Of a DNA stretch of 64,000 nt, positions 1 through 12,023 are shown piece by piece. The notes under the pieces were generated by a model. It did not search any database. It was not told the DNA's origin and saw nothing but the letters and a program-made list of their open reading frames with translations. The DNA comes from Macrostomum lignano (lineage: Eukaryota): assembly GCA_002269645.1 (NCBI GenBank), contig NIVC01002426.1, positions 1 to 64,000 of the forward strand. Direction: 5' to 3'. Position 1 is the stretch's first letter. Each line of letters starts with the position of its first letter. Both the position numbers and the translations under genes were made by a program.

Positions 1-1648
1 GCTGGACAGAAGCACGGGCGGAGGCGGTGGCTCCCGACACGGCCCTCCGGGTCGCCAAGAATCTGTCTCGGTGGCTCGACTCACCGGTAGCCGTCTGCAG
101 ATTGCTGACGCTGATGTGCGCGAGAAAAACTTCCAACTGGAAGAGGAAGTGTCCCGTCTGCGCTACCAGCTGCACACGCTAGGCGACGAACGAGAGAAAG
201 AGGCTCTTCGTCGACAAGTTAGCATGCTGGAGGAGCGAACCGAGGAGCTGGAGCGGCAGCTACGATTGGAGAAGCCAGAATTCTCCGTCGAAGTGGAGAG
301 GATGAGGGAGAAGCAGCGACAGTTGGAGACGCAATTGACCGGGCTAACGCGGAGAACACCGATCTGACTTTTGAAGTTGATCAGGCAAGGCGTGACCTGC
401 CCAGACTGAAGGTGAGGTCGAGTGGTATGTATCAGCTCAGGTGTACCTGACAGGAAAAAACAAAAAAATGAATGATAGAGCACTACTTTTATAGCATGCT
501 TGTTATTCGAACGTTTATAAAGTTAGTTGCAATGTAGCATTTTAATCCGATGGCACCTAAGCGTCTTACAAGCTTGTAAATCCTACATTTTCTCATCCTC
601 TCATCTCGCCCACACAGGAGCGAGTAGCTCATCTGACTAAGTACGTTGAACTGCTGAAGCAGGAGAAGGCTCAGCTGGAGGCGGCAGGAAACACAGCCCG
701 ATCTAGCACCAGCTCTACAAGCAACATTCGACGGGTGAGTACCCTGTATTTTGGTTTTGTATCATATATTCAGGAATCTTGAGCACCCAAAGAGTCAAAT
801 CGGTTTTCCGCACTGATAAATGTGTACACTGGTTTCATGCTCTGGCCCAAATGTTTGTTAGAATCTCAAGCAATCAACAAGCCGATCGAGACTAAGGAAT
901 GACAAAAAATATATGTCCATTTTATCAACTAATTGAAAGGGACAAGTTTCTATTTGACGATTAAAAGTAATCCGCTAAGGGTCGGTTTGGCACTGGAACT
1001 TCATGAAATGCATTATCAACGACGTCCGCAAATCCAAAAAGTATCGAACGCGATCTATTCAACAAAAAAATCTTGCAGATTGGCGAGAGCGGCAAATCGA
1101 CTCGCGAGCTCGAAGAGATGATCGCCCGCCTGAAAAATGTAGTCAAACGAACCGAAGCTGAAAATGAGCGCCTGAAACGGGCACCGGGCGTCGTTAGCCA
1201 GGAGGCGCTTCAACAGCTTCGTCAGGAGAACGACGGCCTCAGGCAGCAGCTCAGCGAGCTACGCGAACAGATGGGCTCCCGTCTGGCCGAACGCTACGAG
1301 GCCAAGGAGCGCGGCACAGCCAAACTGATGCAGGACTACGAGAAGCTCAGGCGGGAATTGCAGCGCGAATGCCAGAGCCACGATCGCACCAGGGAGGAGG
1401 CGGCCAGGCTGCAGCGCGAACTGTCTGAGGCTGGCCGAGGCGATACTGCAGCTTCAACTTTAGCCACTGCCCAGTTCCGAGGGCCCGAAGCAGATTCTGG
1501 CAAGGTGCAACAGCTTGAGGCTGAACTGGCCTCGCGAGACCGGACCAATGCGATGCTCAAAGAGCAGCTCCGAGATTTGGCCGAAGCTGAACGCCAATGG
1601 AAAATTGAACGGCAAATGCTGCTGGCAAGGCTGGGAGAAGACGCTTAG
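1..1648 (+). CDS. CEP290: CEP290 (centrosomal protein 290) C-terminal part; exons <1-411, 618-734, 1079-1648; apparent 1-nt frameshift near 337
   Basis: Spliced translation ...ENTDLTFEVDQARRDLPRLK|ERVAHLTKYVELLKQEKAQ...|IGESGKSTRELEEMIARLKNVVKRTEAENERLKRAPGVVSQE...RYEAKERGTAKLMQDYEKLRREL matches, from memory, human CEP290 (ENIELKFQLEQANKDLPRLK NQVRDLKEMCEFLKKEKAE; SGKTIPELEKTIGLMKKVVEKVQRENEQLKK; HYESKTKGTEKIIAENERLRKEL). Donors GT at 412 and 735, acceptors AG at 616-617 and 1077-1078, all phase 0. Confidence 0.9.
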
Positions 1649-2004
1649 GTGAAAAGACAAAATGTTTTTGTGTATTTGGTGACTTTGCATTAACGTCGTC
1701 GGGTATTTTTCACTGTTTCGAATTTTCTTGTGTTTGAAAGGTTTTGAAGAATCCTGCGTAAACATTACTTGTATTTTACTGTACTTTGTTTACACAAAAA
1801 TATTAAGAAACTGCTGGCTATCAGATTAGAAACTTTTCAATTTGAAATTCCAGCAAGCACGTGTACTTCTTAGAATTAGATGCATCCGATATTTCGAAGA
1901 AAAGCTGTCTGTGTCCCACAACTCCATCTTTGTTTTTACCCCTCTGCTTGTTTTTATCGATTTTTAGCTGGGTTTTTAGCCTCTCCCTAGCCTTATATTC
2001 TACC

Positions 2005-2400
2005 CCGCTAGATTAATGTCAGCGTCCAAAATTCTGGCTGTCTGCGTCGGCTGGGTGAGGGTTATCGATTATTTTAGGGGGGGGGGGGAGGAGGTGTTCA
2101 ACCGCTCACCCAGCCAGCCCTGCTTTTCTACCCCGCCAGCTTAAGAGTCTGGCTGTGTGAGAGGGTGAGGGTTATCGATTATTCAATGGTCAACCCGCCC
2201 ATCCCGCTAGCTGAAACTCTGGCTGAACGTGGGGAGGGGTGAGGGTTATTGATTTTATTGCTGATCATTCAGCACTTAACCCTACCCGTACACACCCCAC
2301 ACTTATCGCTATTAAACCTATCTGTCCCTGCTAGGTTTATCGACTGAACCAACCGCCAATCGTCAGGCGTTACCCAACCGCCCATCCCTAATCCGCTACC
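2005..2400. repeat. Degenerate ~100-bp triplicated motif (ccccgc.ag...ctggctg...gggtgagggttatcgatt), probably a decayed transposon remnant
   Basis: GGTGAGGGTTAT(C/T)GATT recurs near 2054, 2163 and 2237, each preceded by TCTGGCTG. Confidence 0.35.
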
Positions 2401-3632
2401 TCTGCACTTATAAAGTCAGCGGTACGCACTAAAGTGATTAACATTATAGTATTACTTAATACTGATTAGTTGGTACGAAGAGTCACCCTTGTGTCTGCGT
2501 TGTGTCACGCAACTCGTTAATTTAAGAGCTAAACTATACAAGCACACACTATAGTAATCGTACGAGCTAGTAGCATGTACTAATACTTGCTCTTGCTATT
2601 TTGCACTCAGCTATCTATAAACTTACTTAATGGCTGTTCAGTATATCCTCGTGACCTCGTTAAATGATTGGTATGACCTGTAATGTTATTCTTAAACCCT
2701 GTTTTTTGGTACCATAGCTACGTTCGAGATATTGAATTAAAAGAATATTATTTTCTTTTTTTCGAGTATATATATGGTTATTTTTCTTGCTTTTTTCGTG
2801 ACTTAATTAAGATTTTCAGCGACCTGTGCCCGATTCCACAAATCTTTTGTGAATTTTTTTCCAAATTGTCTTTTTTTAACAGCAAAACGTAAAATTTCAT
2901 ATTTGCGAGTAGCTTCTCTCTAATTATATGTACAGCCCTGCTGCCCCAGCTACTTGTAGTAATCTCTGCTGCAAGCTGTCCTAGATAATCAGCAATTCAA
3001 CCAAAATTCTTGCTTATTCATGTAGTTCGTTTTACTCCTGATAAGCCATGCTGGTTCTGGCCTAATTGTAAGACAACAACAATTGCTCTGTCTGAATGAA
3101 ATAAAAAACTTAATAAATTGCTAAAATTTTTCGTCCACTTTTTTCAATAAAGTGATAAATAAGGTTAATTAAGTTCGTTTTATCAATATACGAGTAATCT
3201 TCGACATATTCTGGTATTTTCTTCGTTCATGTCTATATGCAGTTGAAAAGAGTTGTCTACGATATTTGACTGCCACCATTCGACTAAGGTCGCAGTTTTG
3301 GCAAAATCGATTGCAGTTTTCAAAGAGTTGTCTGTGGCTGAAACTCTGGTCATGACTGAGCAGACTTGGCCTAGACAGCAAAATTATAAGTGATATTTTT
3401 CCTTGGGCAAAATTTATTGCAGTTTTGGCAAACTAGATCGCAAAAACGTATATTATATACTACGTCCTACAATGGCGATTCTTAGTTGAGAAGTTTATTA
3501 GCGTAGTGTCTATGGAAAATCATGATGACTTATCAAATTGAAACAATCTAATCTGAGCTGGATTTAAAAGGTATAAACTAACAAGTGCATGATTATCGAG
3601 CCAAAGCAGCGATAATAAAAGAAGATCAAGGC

Positions 3633-6600
3633 ATGGCTAGTTACAATGCCGGTCGATCACTCGCTCACCTGCTCACAAACGGGGTGTTCGAATCCATGAA
3701 CGCAGACAAGGACGGCTACGTAAGCGTCGCTCAAGCTGCTGACCAGCTGTTGACGCGTCGGTCGTCCGGTTTTCGACGTCCAGGTACGAACCAGGGCCGG
3801 GGAGGGAAGGGTTAGTAAGCTCAGCGTTAACGCCTCAAACTTTTTTCCTGGGCTGGATTCTGTGAACAGTGATACCATGTACCACATGTACTACATGTAT
3901 TACATAGATCTGGAGCTGGTAAAGAAACTAGCGCGAGGTAAGTCCTAGCTGATATTCAAGCTCACGAGGGCCATTCCCCAATATATATATTATATATTAA
4001 GACGCAGAGGGGAGGCCCCTTGCGCGCACGCGCTCGCAGAACAAGCGTGAGGGGTCAGCACAAGCGCCTGGAAGTCAGCATGAGACAGTCCGTTAGAGTG
4101 GCAGCGCAATTGCTCGGTCGGCCGGTGCAGCATGGCCAGGTCCAGCGGGACGGATGCGCCGCGACCCAGGGTCCGTAGGCAGTGGCCCAGCAGCATCTGG
4201 CGGCGCCGGCGCAGGCTAGCGCTCAGGGATGGCGTCCCAGCGCGAGCCATCAGAGCGTTGGTCGGCAGGCGATCCGGGTAGTGCACGCCTAGCGCGTAGC
4301 GCATCAGCGATCGGCAGAGCGCGTCCAAGGCTCGCTCTCGCGTTTCGGACAGCGGCACAGCCTCCATGCCGTACAGCAGGATCGGCTCGACGGCCGCGCG
4401 GAACAGGCGCACCTTCAGGTCGTCTCTGGCAGCTGAATTAAAAACGTTCCTGAGGAGGTGCGCGGCGCGCCAGGCCGGGTTCTTTCTGTCGGAGACGATC
4501 GCATCGGGGCTCATCACCAGGGCGCCGAGGTACCGGAAGTCCTCGCACACCGCGATGTGGTCTCCATTGAGCAGCGTAAGAGCTGGGGCGGTATTCGTGC
4601 CCACGTGCAGCGCCTTCGTCTTGCGAGCGTTCACCACCAGCCCAACACGGGCATCCTCGTCGCAGAGCCTTGTGAGAGCGCGCTGGGCAGCAGCTGGAGC
4701 GCGGCAGAGCAGCGCGATGTCGTCAGCATACGCGAGAGCGGGAAGCGAAACAGCAGGATGTCTGGAGCTTCGGCGTGTGACCAGCAAGTAGCTGTCATCC
4801 TCGCGGAGGGACCGACGAAGCACGTAGTCCACAACCAAGAGGAAGAGCAGAGGAGCCAGCATGTCGCCCTGAAGAACGCCTGAGCTGGTGCCGAACTCTT
4901 CTGTGGGGCCGTCGCTCGACATGACAAAAGCCCTGGAGTCGCGGTAGAGGTCCAACACTGCGCTCACCAGCGCAGCAGGTACGCCATAGTGAGATAAAAA
5001 AACAAAGCGATCGCAGGCCTGGACACCGAGTCAAACGCCCTGCGAGAGTCGACGAAGATGATTGACACGGAGCGCTGGCGGGTCTTGCAGGCCTCGATGA
5101 CAGAGCGGATGGTGGCAACCTGCTCGGTGGTGGACCTGCCCGGGCGGAAGCCGCTTTGGAGGCTCAGCAGCAGCGGGTTGAAGCCGGGCAGGAGGCGGTT
5201 GCGCAGAATCGCGTTCAGCAGCTTCGGCGTTGTGCATTCCAGAGCGATGCCCCGCTGGTTGTCCAGGCTGGTGGAGGCGCCTTTCTTCGGGATGGAGACA
5301 ATCTTGGAAGTGCGCCATTGCTGAAGAGCTGAGGCGGTCTCGTTGCCTCCAAGGCTGCAGTGCTTGTTCACCAGGCTGGTGATGATCGGGGTGAGCTCGG
5401 GCAGCTTCAGGACCCTGGGAGGGATGGCGTCCACCCCAGCGGCGGCATCAGCTCGCATGGTCCTCAGTGCTCGGTCAACCTCGCCTGCAGTGATGGGGCC
5501 GGTGTTGAAGGCGCCTGGCTGGGCTGGAGCGAAGTCTGGGATTGGCAGAAGAGGCGCAGCTGGAGCGGGCGCGTTGAGCACCTGAGCACTTCCCCTATGC
5601 CGAGACTATGTACATGCCTGGTGACGAAACTAGCTGTCGCTCATATACATACACCCTATCTGAGTCCTCGGGTCTGTTGATAGGCATACACCAGTGCCAA
5701 TGGCGGACGCAGGGGGGGGGGGGTTGAGGGCAAGAGGGCCATTGGCATTGACCCCTAACAACTGCACTTCAATTCTTAAAAAAATATATAAAAGAGGTAA
5801 CCAAGCTCGACAAATGCCAGAAACTCACATTTTGACACCTGGATGTGACATCCACGGCTGATAAAATACAGAAATAAGAGCGCCAACTAGAAGACAGGGG
5901 CGCCAACCAAGAGACAGGGGCGCCAAGCTAAAGAGACACTGACGCATACCGAACACCAAATATTGGCACCTCTTAGAATTGCGGCCCCCTTCGATTAAAT
6001 TTTCCTGCGTACGTCACTGCTCACACGTACAGCTGCAGGCAGAAGTTAACTGAATAATGAACCAAGCACAATTTACAATGTACATGTAAGAATCACCTCA
6101 ATAGATCTGTAGTAATTTGTTGTTTTAGCAATTCCAATCAGCCACACCCACTTAAAAAACTTCACAGACAACTCGGACCCAAAAGAAGGAGACGCCGCCA
6201 GCCAAGCATCGATGCGCACTTTTGTCCAGCGCACGGTCGCAACGTTCGGCCTCAGCCGGCCGGGCTATTTGAATCGGCGCGAGTTTGCCCGCATGTACGA
6301 GACATTCGTTAAGCGGCCGGCTCAGTTTGCTCAGCTGATTGGAGCTGCTGCGGCCGAAACTGAGGAAGCTGACGGGCAACAATCCGGCAAGGAGGGCGCC
6401 GGTGGCGGCGGGCTCGTACCGGGGCCTCCGATGTCGCAGGAGCAGCTACGCTCTTTGGTTGATCGAGTCAATGAAAAGCTTGCTGAAGAGCAGTGCAGCA
6501 GAGCCACTAATGCATCATGTAATCCGGGATGCGCTTCCAACTGCACTCCAACTCCAACTTCCAACAGTGGAGGATTTGTTTTACTGAATGGTCAAGGCGG

Positions 6601-6676
6601 CGGCTCCGACGGCGGTCAAAACAAGAGCGCTGGTAAACCCGGAAAAATTTTCGAAGAGGATTTGCAGTTGGATTAA
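3633..6676 (+). CDS. Two-exon EF-hand-like protein (~219 aa); exons 3633-3783 and 6168-6676
   Basis: ATG at 3633 gives MASYNAGRSLAHLLTNGVFESMNADKDGYVSVAQAADQLL (EF-loop-like NADKDGYVS). A phase-1 donor GTACG at 3784 joins the phase-1 acceptor CACAG at 6167 in frame with ORF 6212-6676, which has a second degenerate EF-like segment (TFGLSRPGYLNRREF). Confidence 0.65.
3980..5585 (-). mobile_element. 5'-truncated non-LTR retrotransposon (RTE/RTE-X-like reverse transcriptase), frameshifted near 4998, inserted antisense in the EF-hand gene intron
   Basis: ORFs 4964-5581 and 3990-4967 give RT motifs WRTSKIVSIPKKG, NQRGIAL, QSGFRPGRST, IFVD.RRAFDSVSR, GVLQGDMLAPLLF and YADD. A (TA)n tail lies at 3980-3998. 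No endonuclease domain is present, and the element is GC-rich against AT-rich flanks. Confidence 0.9.
5698..6019. mobile_element. MITE-like element with imperfect 16-bp terminal inverted repeats (hAT-type CAGTG..CG ends)
   Basis: Left end CAATGGCGGACGCAGG versus reverse complement of right end CAGTGACGTACGCAGG (13/16). Subterminal G and C runs. No TSD identified. Confidence 0.5.
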
Positions 6677-6904
6677 AAGTTCAATTGATTTGGTATTATT
6701 CCTTTTTCTAAACAAAATTGACCTCTTCCGATGTTGAAAGTCGTCAACCCGCGAACTGTGCAAAGCCGGAATTTTTGTTTAAACGAGCTAATAGTACAAA
6801 AATTAAATATACCTAAATATTACCTGTCTACTCTGTACACTAACATTTGTTTCTTCCTGCATTCCGGATTGTTTAATTTCCACAGGCCACAACTCCAAAA
6901 ACAA

Positions 6905-7175
6905 GGGGTTGTTGCCCAGTGGAGAGCGTCAGACTCACGACTTGAAGGTCAGTGGTTCGACAATTCGCGTCCTTGAGCAAGACAGTAAACTCTGCATTGC
7001 TTCAGTTCACCCAGCTGTAAAGTGGGTGCCAGCATTAGCTGGGGTAATTGAGGGTGTGCAGTGTGGCGACCCCCGCGGTCCTTGGACTGAACAGCCGTAC
7101 TTAACCCTCAGATGCGCCGCGCAATTAGCTGCGGCTGAGCTGTCGGTTGCACACCTGCCGATTTGGGCAGGTTAA
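6905..7175 (+). mobile_element. tRNA-derived SINE, copy 1
   Basis: tRNA-like head with B-box GGTTCGA, central CTTGAGCAAGACA...CTTCAGTTCACCCAGCTGTAAA segment, and a homologous copy at 62571-62835. Confidence 0.8.
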
Positions 7176-8253
7176 ATCTGTTATTAATTTTCTATAATTA
7201 TTATTATTGATCTACAAGATAATTTACAAGCCAAACGTCTCGAAGTTGAATTAGTTATAAATGGCTCTTCCGATGAAATCAAATTATATATATTTTAAAC
7301 TGTTTAAAATAATAATCAGTTAAAACAAAACGAAATTAATTTTTTTGTGGAAATGGAATGCTTTTTAGTTATACAGTATAAAATTTGATATACTACAAAT
7401 AATAAAATACTCGATTTGGTACTATGTTTGTGGAAGCATTAATTTTCTATGAACACCAATAATAAAAAATTGTTCATAATAAATTTTTTGCAGTTTTACA
7501 TTATACTCGTAGCTAACTATTTAGGACAAGTTTCAGCAGAACTTTAAGCACATCGTAGTAGCATTTTCGTACAATTATAGAAGTTCAACAAATGCATCAA
7601 TATTTATAGGTTATATGGATAAACATGTTGAAACCTGGAAGACCCCCGTGTCATACAGGAAGACAGACTCTCTTTGATTAGAACTTGATCCTGTTGCTTT
7701 AATATTAAATGAAACAAATTCAACCCAAAACAAAATCTGTACAAATAAATAAACAGAAAATTTTCTGAAATAAACTGAAATTGAGAAAACTGTTGGGTAT
7801 TTATAGCGTTTGTTATGCTAAGTTAGAAACGGGACATTCAGACTTGACAATACGGCACGTTTTAAACCAGAAGATTGACATCAGAGCTACAGGTCAAGCC
7901 AAGGTCAACTGAATCCCAAGGTCTGTAGCTGAAGGCTCACTTTATTCCTGCAAAGTACCTTTCTTGAGTTTAGAGTTTCTCAGTCAGAGATATCCGAGTT
8001 GTCTATGGCCCAACCTGTCTTTACGAATACTCCAAAAGTGTTTCCCAATTAAGAATGACAAAAGCTGTACATGTTAATACAATAATTGGCTCTTGCTTGA
8101 TACATGCAGAAAATTTAGTACAATAGCAACCAAAATATCCAAGCACAGCTTCATTGGATGCTCAAGAGTTGTAAATATATTAATTGATTATTGTTACTGG
8201 GCAGAAGTTTCAAAATGAACTTAAAAAAACTTCAATGAGTTAAAATAATCCGG

Positions 8254-11200
8254 TCACTGCGACGGCATGGCAGCCAGAAAGTCTGCCGCCCCGGCATCCA
8301 CGGGCTCGCCAGAACCAGCGTTACCTCCGCTGCTAGTTGTGTTGACTTGACCATCATCTGCTTCTACAAGATTTCCCTCAGCTGGTCCGCTGGACTTTGG
8401 TTGCACCTCGGCCGTTGTCACCGAGCCGCTGTCTAGCCAACCTGAGTTTGTTTCAAATAAACAAAATTAATCGTTAATTAGAGCATTATCTGGATTGAAT
8501 GAAATAAATTTTAACAAAAAACTCCGAGGAAAACTGGTGGTCTACTATTTTTAACTTTAGTGACATACAGAAAAAATGCTTAATATTCTGTGTCTATTAC
8601 TTGAATCAGTAGGAGAGCACTTTTTCACTTCTATTCCTACCAATGAAAAAACCGGAACCTCAACAAATAGAATAATTACATGTAAATGCTAAATTAAAAG
8701 ATTAAGGAAGCTTCCAAATGAAGCAGTTGATGGAAATGATTTGGGCTGCAGTCCCAGTGCAGCTATTGTGCTCAAAAAATGAATTTTAGTACTCGGAACT
8801 TTGAGCTGCTGGTTCAATTGTTACTCAGTTCAGTCGTCTGCCAATTGAAGGCAGCTCGAGTATTCGTGAGCGAGCAGTGCCGAAGTCTCAGCTGTGGTTT
8901 GGTGTTTGGGGAAGAAATATCGATTGGGAATGGGTGCTGTAGAATTATTTTAACTAAGCTTTTTGTTTCAATGACTAATTAACAGCGTTCTGATGAGAAG
9001 TTAACAGTAGAATGTCTTGAAATAACACGTATTATCCTACCTGTTTCCTTTAGCCTAACACGTGTCTATCTTAGTCTAACAGGTGTGTCTATCTTAGTCT
9101 AACAGGTGTCTATCTTAGTCTAACAGGTGTCTATCTTAGTCTAAGAGGTGTCTATCTTAGTCTAACAGGTGTCTATCTTAGTCTAACAGGTGTCTATCTT
9201 AGTCTAACAGGTGTGTCTATCTTAGTCTAACAGGTGTGTCTATCTTAGTCTAACAGGTGTCTATCTTAGTCTAAGAGGTGTCTATTCTAGTCTAACAAGT
9301 GTGTCTATCTTAGTCTAAGAGGTGTCTATCTTAGTCTAACAGGTGTCTATCTTAGTCTAACAGGTGTCTATCTTAGTCTAACAGGTGTCTATCTTAGTCT
9401 AACAGGTGTGTCTATCTTAGTCTAACAGGTGTCTATCTTAGTCTAACAGGTGTCTATCTTAGTCTAACAGGTGTCTATCTTAGTCTAACAGATGTGTCTA
9501 TCTTAGTCTAACAGGTGTCTATCTTAGTCTAACAGGTGTGTCTATCTTAGTCTAACAGGTGTCTATCTTAGTCTAACAGGTGTCTTTCTTAGTCTAACAG
9601 GTGTGTCTTTCTTAGTCTAACAGATGTGTCTATCTTAGTCTAACAGGTGTCTATCTTAGTCTAACAGGTGTGTCTATCTTAGTCTAACAGGTGTGTCTAT
9701 CTTAGTCTAACAGGTGTGTCTATCTTAGTCTAACAGGTGTGTCTATCTTAGTCTAACAGGTGTCTATCTTAGTCTAACAGGTGTGTCTATCTTAGTCTAA
9801 CAGGTGTGTCTATCTTAGTCTAACAGGTGTCTATCTTAGTCTAACAGGTGTCTTTCTTAGTCTAACAGGTGTCTCTATCTTAGTCTAACAGGTGTGTCTA
9901 TCTTAGTCTAACAGGTGTGTCTATCTTAGTCTAAGAGGTGTCTATCTGAGTCTAACAGGTGTGTCTATCTTAGTCTAACAGGTGTGTCTATCTTAGTCTA
10001 ACAGGTGTCTATCTTAGTCTAACAGGTGAGTCTATCTTAGTCTAACAGGTGTGTCTATCTTAGTCTAACAGGTGTGTCTATCTTAGTCTAACAGGTGTGT
10101 CTATCTTAGTCTAACAGGCGTGTCTATCTTAGTCTAACAGGTGTCTATCTTAGTCTAACAGGTGTCTATCTTAGTCTAACAGGTGAGTCTATCTTAGTCT
10201 AACAGGTGTGTCTATCTTAGTCTAACAGGTGTCTATCTTAGGTGATACTAATAGCGAGATTAACAGATTGGGAATAGAACCCAGCTATAAGCAGGTGAAA
10301 TTTAATACTCATAACTGGTTAATATTAATGCTAAGCCTCACTTGGAAACTGCCCGGACAGAACTTTCTGCGACTTCTTCTTCCCAGCAGCAGCAGCGGTC
10401 TGCTTGTCTCCGATCAGACCAGCTCGATCGTCCGTTGTCAAGGACTCCATAGACGCATCAGCTGACTTCGCTGCTGGGCCCGTGGCGTCATCGTCATCAC
10501 GTGATGCTGCGGCTGCAGCGGCCGCGGGGGCCTTATCAGCTTCCGGCACCCGGTTGAAGGTGATGAAGTACACACCGATGAAGGACAGCAGGCAGCTGGA
10601 TTGCGGGTTGTACTTTTAAAGTCATTGTTGCGGATAGGGAGCCGTTTAGGGGGTCATTTTGTACGAATGAGGGTCATTTTTACCGATGAGAGGTCATTTT
10701 TACGGATAGGGGGGTCCTTTTAACGAATAGGGGGTCATTTCTACGGATTAAGGGTCATTTTACGGATTGGGGGGTCATTTTTACGGATAGGTGGGTCAGT
10801 TTTACTTATAGGTGGGTCAGTTTTACTTATAGGTGGGTCAGTTTTACTTATAGGTGGGTCAGTTTTACTTATAGGTGGGTCAGTTTTACTTATAGGTGGG
10901 TCAGTTTTACTTATAGGTGGGTCAGTTTTACTTATAGGTGGGTCAGTTTTACTTATAGGTGGGTCAGTTTTACTTATAGGTGGGTCAGTTTTACTTATAG
11001 GTGGGTCAGTTTTACGGATAGGAGGGTCATTTCTACGGATCAGGTGGTCATTTTTGCAGATTAGGGGTCATTTTTTCGGATAAGGGGTCATTTTTACAAT
11101 AATAGGGTCATTTCTACGAATGAGGGGTCATTTCTACGGATCAGGTGGCCATTTTTACGGTTGAGGGGGTAATTTTTATATATGAGGGGTCATTTTTATA

Positions 11201-11830
11201 TATGAGGGGTCATTTTTATATATGAGGGGTCATTTCTTTATATGAGGGGTCATTTTTATATATGAGGGGTCATTTCTTTATATGAGGGGTCATTTTTATA
11301 TATGAGGGGTCATTTTTATATATGAGGGGTCATTTTTATATATGAGGGGTCATTTTTATATATGAGGGGTCATTTTTATATATGAGGCGTCATTTTTTAC
11401 GGAAGAAAAGGTAGTTCTTACGGAATAGGGGTCATTGTTTAGAAAAGAGTACGAAATCATTGGGTAAAGATTTCAGGGGTGGGGGGGGTAGCACGTATAC
11501 TGTATCTATTGATTATACAGAGTTGGTCATTTTAAACTAATTCCATAATGGTAGCCCCAATTTCCAGACAATCTGGCACTCACCCCAGCAGAAACATAAA
11601 GATGCTGAGGCTGTAGAGACCGGCGAACTCATTGAAAAACACGATACCTGAAAGGGAATGGATTTCGCTTATTGGAGACATTAACATCAAGTGTCAGAAG
11701 ATATAGGAAATTTTCTATGAGCTCATCACATGAACCGCTGACGGTAGGACGGAATAACATTGAACACTGATGCAAATTTACACTCGCATTTGTTTGAAGG
11801 TCTGTTTCCTTAAAAATCAGTAGCATAGGC

Positions 11831-11915
<85 letters not shown>

Positions 11916-11954
11916 TACAGACAGACAGACAGACAGACATACAGACAGACAGAA

Positions 11955-12023
<69 letters not shown>

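Noticed and set aside
3915-5650. Partial similarity between the two RT flanks (GCTAGTTTC...ACCAG) as a possible TSD
   Set aside because: Imperfect and not adjacent to the element ends.
4229-5680. Antisense and alternate-frame ORFs over the RT element
   Set aside because: Shadow ORFs of a GC-rich coding region.
8990-9045. CTGATGAG...GAAA hammerhead-like core
   Set aside because: Stem II is out of register with the core, and I could not form stems I and III.
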